DNA of 64,000 nucleotides, taken from the NCBI GenBank assembly GCA_024672275.1, contig GCA_024672275.1_4536.1. One strand, 5' to 3'. Shown here in pieces: positions 59,305-64,000 of this stretch (positions are counted from its first letter, which is position 1; every line of letters starts with the position of its first letter). The notes beneath the pieces were generated by a model. The model was given only the letters and a program-made list of their open reading frames with translations. It did no database searches and was not told the DNA's origin. Origin of the DNA: a phage. Position numbers and translations under genes: made by a program.

Positions 59305-60237
59305 TTATCCTCCAAAAAAGTTTTCGATTTTTTCACGTCGCTCTTGCTGATTTAAAGCAGCCCATTGAATCTTCGTAAAATTATTTCGAATCCATTCTAA
59401 CAAAGCGTAATATTCTTCGTCAACCATTTGTTTGGCATTTTTTGGATTATCCCAAATCAGATCCCACTTTTTATCTCCACCGCGCATAAGAAACTTCTTA
59501 GTAAGATAGTGTGGTGATTTAATTTTTAAAAGTAAGTTGAACGGATAGTTTGTTTCACGAACTACAAACCCTTCGTGTTTACAATGTTTAGACATTTCAA
59601 CAACATCTGAAAACTTAACCATTGGATGAACTTCAGGACGCTTAAATTTGGTGACAGAAGCAATTCCATCAAGAGCACCTTCAGGTAACATAAAACTTGT
59701 CCCATCAGGATTTTGAATTCTGGCACCAATTAAGTATGCACCTGGTTCTTCTTCGACAATATGCGGATCAGAAGGATCACAGATTTCAAACAGGAAAGTT
59801 GCTTTTGCACTCTCTGCCCATTTGATGAAATGTTCTATGTCATCGCACTCTGAAACAATATGATTCTTTGCAATACTTGCAAAATCTGATTCAAGGCTTC
59901 CTGTTGTCGATACAATAAGTTGACCTTTATATACACCTACAGAGGCCATAAAACCATTTACTTTACGAACCACATCTACAAGTTCATCCGCTGGTAGATC
60001 TGTGCCATTCTCAAAACGATTAAAAATCTTAGTGAAAGGCCAAATAACAACATTGTCATCAGCATCAACAACGATTCCGCGACATTCTAGAAGACGAGAA
60101 TCAATGCTCCATAAGTTATCCCAGAAAACTTTGTTCTTATACTTAAGAACAGATAGGCCAGAATACTCTCCTTCTTTATATGTTTTCTTATGAACTAAAC
60201 CTTTTTCAACCAAATCGTCGCAATTAAATTTAGTCAC
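59305..60237 (-). CDS. RNA ligase, T4 Rnl1-like (310 aa)
   Basis: Colinear with T4 RnlA N-terminal half: LLECRGIVVDADDNVVIWPFTKIFN (cf. [29 protein letters not shown]), motif I KVNG, EGFVVRE, LLLKIK; GTG start with RBS AAAGGAGAG. Confidence 0.75.
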   Translation of the reverse strand: MTKFNCDDLVEKGLVHKKTYKEGEYSGLSVLKYKNKVFWDNLWSIDSRLLECRGIVVDADDNVVIWPFTKIFNRFENGTDLPADELVDVVRKVNGFMASVGVYKGQLIVSTTGSLESDFASIAKNHIVSECDDIEHFIKWAESAKATFLFEICDPSDPHIVEEEPGAYLIGARIQNPDGTSFMLPEGALDGIASVTKFKRPEVHPMVKFSDVVEMSKHCKHEGFVVRETNYPFNLLLKIKSPHYLTKKFLMRGGDKKWDLIWDNPKNAKQMVDEEYYALLEWIRNNFTKIQWAALNQQERREKIENFFGG

Positions 60238-60238
60238 A

Positions 60239-60790
60239 TTACTCTCCTTTGATTATTTTGTGATGGTCTACAGTCACGATATCTCGTTTACCCATCATAG
60301 AAATTATCTCATCAAAATGCAAGATTTTTCCGTGTGCATCCCAACCCACATCTAACATTTTACCATAAGCTTCATCAGGGAAAGATCCGTGGGAATGCCC
60401 GTGTAGCATGATTGATCCACGCCCTTGTTTATTCCAGGAGGCTATAGGGTAATGGCTTAAGACGAAGAACAGCTTCTGATATTTCACTTCGTCATAATAC
60501 ACCACTTCTCCATACTCTGCAAGCACTTCTCGGTGTTTGCTGTAATCATGGTTCCCAACACAGTAGGTGATATCTCCTTGGAGACGGGAAGCAATTTTAC
60601 GGGTATCTTCTTCAGTTCCGAAACAGAAGTCGCCCAAATGCCACATCTTAACACCAGGAGTAGTAGCACATTTGTTCCATGCTTCGATCAAGGCTTCTGT
60701 CATGTGGTCCATATCTTCCCACGGACGATATTCAGGAGCAAACTCTCGAATACGTTTATGCATAAAATGCAAATCGCTTGTAATAAACAT
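60239..60790 (-). CDS. calcineurin-like metallophosphoesterase, candidate polynucleotide 2',3'/3'-phosphatase (183 aa)
   Basis: MPE motifs SDLHFMH, HLGDF, GNHD, LHGHSHG; immediately upstream of RNA ligase and kinase. Confidence 0.6.
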   Translation of the reverse strand: MFITSDLHFMHKRIREFAPEYRPWEDMDHMTEALIEAWNKCATTPGVKMWHLGDFCFGTEEDTRKIASRLQGDITYCVGNHDYSKHREVLAEYGEVVYYDEVKYQKLFFVLSHYPIASWNKQGRGSIMLHGHSHGSFPDEAYGKMLDVGWDAHGKILHFDEIISMMGKRDIVTVDHHKIIKGE

Positions 60791-61146
60791 TAGTATAATC
60801 CCTCGCTAAATAATTCATGGTCGTGACCATTACGCTCATGGTCGATCTGGTCCGCATTTTCCGCGATGATGTAAGCATCCGCACGACTCCACCAATTGTA
60901 ATACTGATCGATAAAGCCTTGATTATCTGGTGTGCACAAAGTTTTGTTGATTACACCTGCTTCTTTCAACACGCTTAACTGTGCATATAGTACAGGATTT
61001 GCATGTCGAACACAAGGAATAATTAACTCTTCACCATTATTCAAAATATACTTATTCGCAGCACAGACGATAACACGTTGCGCATAATGACCCTCACCAA
61101 TCCAGGTAAGAGGTTGGTAACAAATGTTGTTTTCAATACCACTCAT
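60790..61146 (-). CDS. hypothetical protein (118 aa)
   Basis: RBS GAGGAGGATT + ATG; ORF track. Confidence 0.55.
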   Translation of the reverse strand: MSGIENNICYQPLTWIGEGHYAQRVIVCAANKYILNNGEELIIPCVRHANPVLYAQLSVLKEAGVINKTLCTPDNQGFIDQYYNWWSRADAYIIAENADQIDHERNGHDHELFSEGLY

Positions 61147-61296
61147 TGTTTCCTAATCCTCCTCTCTTAAGTTATCCTCGAAAAAACTAGTGTCTGGAAG
61201 TAAAAGATCATTACTTGTGTCGGGCCAATCCTCTTCTTCTCGGTAGATAAAGTAACCTTCGTCCTCTTCTTGTTCCGACCAAACCGAATGATGCAT
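61147..61296 (-). CDS. hypothetical acidic small protein (49 aa)
   Basis: RBS TAAGGAGAAAAC + ATG about 61296; fills gap between flanking genes; below ORF-track cutoff. Confidence 0.4.
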
Positions 61297-61305
61297 GTTT
61301 TCTCC

Positions 61306-61650
61306 TTAGTAGTGCACACGAATCATTTTAATACCATAACGCAGCATGGATTCTTTTGCAAGCATGAATTTATCCCCAGCGGCGGGATTAGAAGTATGCA
61401 CGAAAATGGTAGGTGAACCAAAGCAAGGTTTACCAAACGCCAGAAGTTCTTCCAGGTGCAGGAAAACATCATACCCATCTTGGTCTGACTCCATACCTAA
61501 ATCATTGTCAAAAGACCACTCGGTTACTCTTCGATACAGTTTAGCAGGATCATTGAGAAAGGTCATAGCTTCTTGTGACGTTTTAAACCAAATTGCGTCT
61601 TCCTGTCCATAGTCGGCTGGGTTCCGCATATCATCTATCCAAACTTTCAT
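61306..61650 (-). CDS. hypothetical protein (114 aa)
   Basis: RBS AAAGGAGG + ATG; ORF track. Confidence 0.55.
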   Translation of the reverse strand: MKVWIDDMRNPADYGQEDAIWFKTSQEAMTFLNDPAKLYRRVTEWSFDNDLGMESDQDGYDVFLHLEELLAFGKPCFGSPTIFVHTSNPAAGDKFMLAKESMLRYGIKMIRVHY

Positions 61651-61660
61651 ATAACCTCCT

Positions 61661-62131
61661 TTAAGCTGGCATGATCAAAAAAGAACTTTCCACTTCAAAA
61701 TGCCAATCATCAACAAGCCCTGATTCCCAATCTTTCTCTTCATGGAAAGAGCAAATCCAACGGTACATACCTGGCGGTGTATTCTCAACATCTTCTGGCA
61801 ACCCATAATCCAAAGCTGTCTTACCGTTCTCTGTAAAACCAGGATGGAGATTAGGAGCTTTCAGTACAGAAACCATACCTCCAACATCCACAGCTACGAT
61901 CCACTCTGTCATGTATGGGCTGTCATATTGAGGCTCATCAGAACCTACCTCAACAGCCTCTGTGCGTAAGATGATAATAGCCTGCTCTGTGATTGGGGCT
62001 TTGACAATATACCCGTGATCCTCAAAAAGATCGATAACCTCGAACTCATCGCCGTTTTCTACACCATAACTCTTATTCAAAGAGATAAACTTCGGGTTAT
62101 CATCGTAAGCTTTAGTTACTTTAATTCTCAT
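61661..62131 (-). CDS. hypothetical protein (156 aa)
   Basis: RBS GAAGGAGG + ATG; ORF track. Confidence 0.55.
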   Translation of the reverse strand: MRIKVTKAYDDNPKFISLNKSYGVENGDEFEVIDLFEDHGYIVKAPITEQAIIILRTEAVEVGSDEPQYDSPYMTEWIVAVDVGGMVSVLKAPNLHPGFTENGKTALDYGLPEDVENTPPGMYRWICSFHEEKDWESGLVDDWHFEVESSFLIMPA

Positions 62132-62334
62132 TTTTCCTCCTTCACTTTAACCTCAAATTCTACAGGATTACCCTCAATGTAAAAACACTGATACTCTGCC
62201 TTATCATCCTCATCATGAGGCCAAGTTACCAAAGAGTTATAGCAATCTTCTGGTGCTTTGAAGATGGTTTTAGTCTCCACAGTAACATTCCCATTGAGTG
62301 TTGCCAATACCACCCACCCAGCTACAGGGATCAT
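62128..62334 (-). CDS. hypothetical protein (68 aa)
   Basis: Internal ATG 62334 with RBS GTGGAGG. Confidence 0.5.
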   Translation of the reverse strand: MIPVAGWVVLATLNGNVTVETKTIFKAPEDCYNSLVTWPHDEDDKAEYQCFYIEGNPVEFEVKVKEEK

Positions 62335-62513
62335 AGTGCCTCCACTTTCCACGTTTTACCATTATCAACCAAGGTCTTTGCTACAGCATACTCCTTCCCA
62401 TTAACAAGGAAATAATAAACGATAAAAGATTTCCCGATTGTTACTGTCTTAGTAACCTCTACACGTTTAACACCTTGCATGTATTTTGCCTTACCGGAAT
62501 AGAGTAAAATCAT
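62331..62513 (-). CDS. hypothetical protein (60 aa)
   Basis: RBS AGAGGAAT + ATG; ORF track. Confidence 0.5.
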   Translation of the reverse strand: MILLYSGKAKYMQGVKRVEVTKTVTIGKSFIVYYFLVNGKEYAVAKTLVDNGKTWKVEAL

Positions 62514-62791
62514 TTTGCATTCCTCTTGTTGTTGATAACATCCATAGCAGTATATGGTTTATTAGTGCCATGATACTCCAGAATCATTGGAGAGCCTTCT
62601 TGCACTACTTCAAAGATACCATAAACAGAACTTTCAGCAAATACCATTTGCTTCGTGCCTTCATCGTTTACAACGAGAGAAAACTTCTTGCCTGTCCCGT
62701 TGAGGATCTCATATTTCTTGCCAGCAGTGAATAATCCAGAGTACCACTCATTATCTGTTGCTTTTACACACTTCAGGAAAGTCTTGATCAT
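62510..62791 (-). CDS. hypothetical protein (93 aa)
   Basis: RBS AGAGGAGATAAA + ATG; ORF track. Confidence 0.55.
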   Translation of the reverse strand: MIKTFLKCVKATDNEWYSGLFTAGKKYEILNGTGKKFSLVVNDEGTKQMVFAESSVYGIFEVVQEGSPMILEYHGTNKPYTAMDVINNKRNAK

Positions 62792-63356
62792 TTCTTTTTA
62801 TCTCCTCTTTTAATCTATCTACTATACGAACATCATAGACGCCCTCTGTATACATGTCAATAACTTCTTCAAGATAAACTTTTTTAGCTTTTCTGTAAGC
62901 TTCTTTTGCTGCCTCTTCTGTAGAAAAACTTCCAAGATAGAAGCCCTTACCGAACTTACGGATGCTCGCTTGGTAGACCTTATCTCTCTTGTGATATGTA
63001 ACACCCCTATAAGATGTCGAACCCATAAGTGCAAAATTCACATACTCTGGTATAAAGACACACGTGCTTGGTGAATAAACTTTAGAATCGGAAAGAAAAT
63101 CCTTATCTAAAACTTTACCTTCCCAAGATTGACTCTCCATCCAGTTTTTGAAGTTAGAGAAGACCAACCATTCATCACAAACTTGAGCATTTTTGTATGC
63201 TGGCATCCTTGCCAACTGCTTCTCACAGTAACACCTACGCAACATATCCGTCCATCTCTCGTAATAAGGGCATGTCTTCCTTTTACCATCTTCTCCCCAA
63301 AAAGTAACTGGAACTTTTGAATCATTTATTCCTTTTCCGAACACTAGTTTTTTCAT
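62751..63356 (-). CDS. homing-endonuclease-like protein with AP2-type DNA-binding domain (201 aa)
   Basis: AP2-like segment YRGVTYHKRDKVYQASIRKFGKGFYLGSFSTEEAAKEAY; W..MLRRCY box shared with 56419..57048. Confidence 0.5.
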   Translation of the reverse strand: MKKLVFGKGINDSKVPVTFWGEDGKRKTCPYYERWTDMLRRCYCEKQLARMPAYKNAQVCDEWLVFSNFKNWMESQSWEGKVLDKDFLSDSKVYSPSTCVFIPEYVNFALMGSTSYRGVTYHKRDKVYQASIRKFGKGFYLGSFSTEEAAKEAYRKAKKVYLEEVIDMYTEGVYDVRIVDRLKEEIKRNDQDFPEVCKSNR

Positions 63357-63675
63357 AAATTTTTAATACTCCGTTTTCTTTTGCACAGGTTGGTACTGTC
63401 TTAAGTCCTCTTCGTTTTGCATCTGGAAGATTGAGTGTCCACCATCCGAACCAATAAATTTGGTCTGCCGTGAGTGGTTCAGCCATTGGATCTGCCTCCT
63501 GCTCCTCAAGACGTTGCAACGCTTCTTCAATCTTCTCGATTGGTGTGTCAAAGACGAATGCCTCCGTATCAAATTTATCTTTCTTAGGAACTGATTTAGC
63601 TACTTTGAGAACCTCGTTTTTCGGTTTCTTAGTAACGTTCTTTGGCTTTGATAACTTCTTCGGTGTTTTCGCCAC
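63322..63675 (-). CDS. hypothetical protein with basic N-terminus (117 aa)
   Basis: GTG start with RBS GGAGGTAGTAA; K-rich N-terminal 40 aa. Confidence 0.5.
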   Translation of the reverse strand: MAKTPKKLSKPKNVTKKPKNEVLKVAKSVPKKDKFDTEAFVFDTPIEKIEEALQRLEEQEADPMAEPLTADQIYWFGWWTLNLPDAKRRGLKTVPTCAKENGVLKIYEKTSVRKRNK

Positions 63676-63868
63676 TTACTACCTCCATACGATCTAAAAA
63701 GTCATTCACAAATCTCCAGTAACGTTGACCTGTTCTAAGATCTTCATAGATAACCACAGGATCAAACACTTTAGATATTCCGGCAGGTTTTGGAAATTCC
63801 ACTACTGTATATAAACCACCTTTTGCTACACAAGAATAGGTTACGCCTGTAATTGGATAGTTGCTCAT
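63629..63868 (-). CDS. hypothetical protein (79 aa)
   Basis: ATG overlapping upstream TGA (ATGA); ORF track. Confidence 0.5.
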   Translation of the reverse strand: MSNYPITGVTYSCVAKGGLYTVVEFPKPAGISKVFDPVVIYEDLRTGQRYWRFVNDFLDRMEVVSGENTEEVIKAKERY

Positions 63869-64000
63869 TTCTTTACGTACTCCATGATTGGGGTATGGTC
63901 GCCAGTAAGCGTAACACGGCTGTAGGACACATCTTGTGTCTTCAGTGTATCAATCCACTCTAAGAAGTGTTCTTTCGCTTCTGTGTAGTTCTGTGTGCCT
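63865..64000 (-). CDS. hypothetical protein, 3' end only (continues beyond window)
   Basis: Stop-free - strand frame from window edge to TGA at about 63865 that overlaps ATG of next gene. Confidence 0.4.
   Translation of the reverse strand, partial: GTQNYTEAKEHFLEWIDTLKTQDVSYSRVTLTGDHTPIMEYVKK

Overview
This 64-kb window reads as part of a large virulent tailed dsDNA phage genome (about 40% GC). I found no rRNA, tRNA or CRISPR array, and no integrase or IS-type transposase; host and phage family are not assignable from sequence alone. All coordinates for regulatory elements are hand-indexed and approximate (about +/-2 nt). Functional calls rest on motifs recalled from memory, not on database searches.

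Four modules:
1. 1-10,480 (+ strand): about 34 small ORFs, most with their own sigma70/sigA-type promoter followed by a conserved GC-rich hairpin just before the ribosome-binding site. No product can be assigned to any of them; several are tiny membrane peptides.
2. 10,480-12,057: ORF-free, A+C-skewed, repeat-rich spacer.
3. 12,058-29,250 (+ strand): about 53 tightly packed, often start/stop-overlapping small genes, including a six-member paralog family, a repeated about 50-aa domain, and a small serine recombinase.
4. 29,318-64,000 (- strand, convergent with module 3): nucleotide/DNA metabolism and host-modification genes. Confident calls: NrdA, NrdB, RmlC, RmlD, T4-type lysozyme, PhoH-like ATPase, Ser/Thr phosphatase, T4 Rnl1-like RNA ligase, T4 RNase H-like flap endonuclease. 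Weaker calls: Sir2-like, ThyX-like, dUTPase-like, HslV-like, MTase-like, ligase, kinase and others.

Best candidates for undescribed biology:
- the promoter + 5' hairpin cassette array in module 1;
- the six-member paralog family in module 3;
- a three-gene RNA-repair cassette (phosphoesterase, RNA ligase, P-loop kinase);
- a flap endonuclease gene with no ATG/GTG/TTG start;
- phage-borne RmlC/RmlD inside the dNTP-synthesis cluster;
- a family of small acidic proteins ending in W-x-S-S-x-C.
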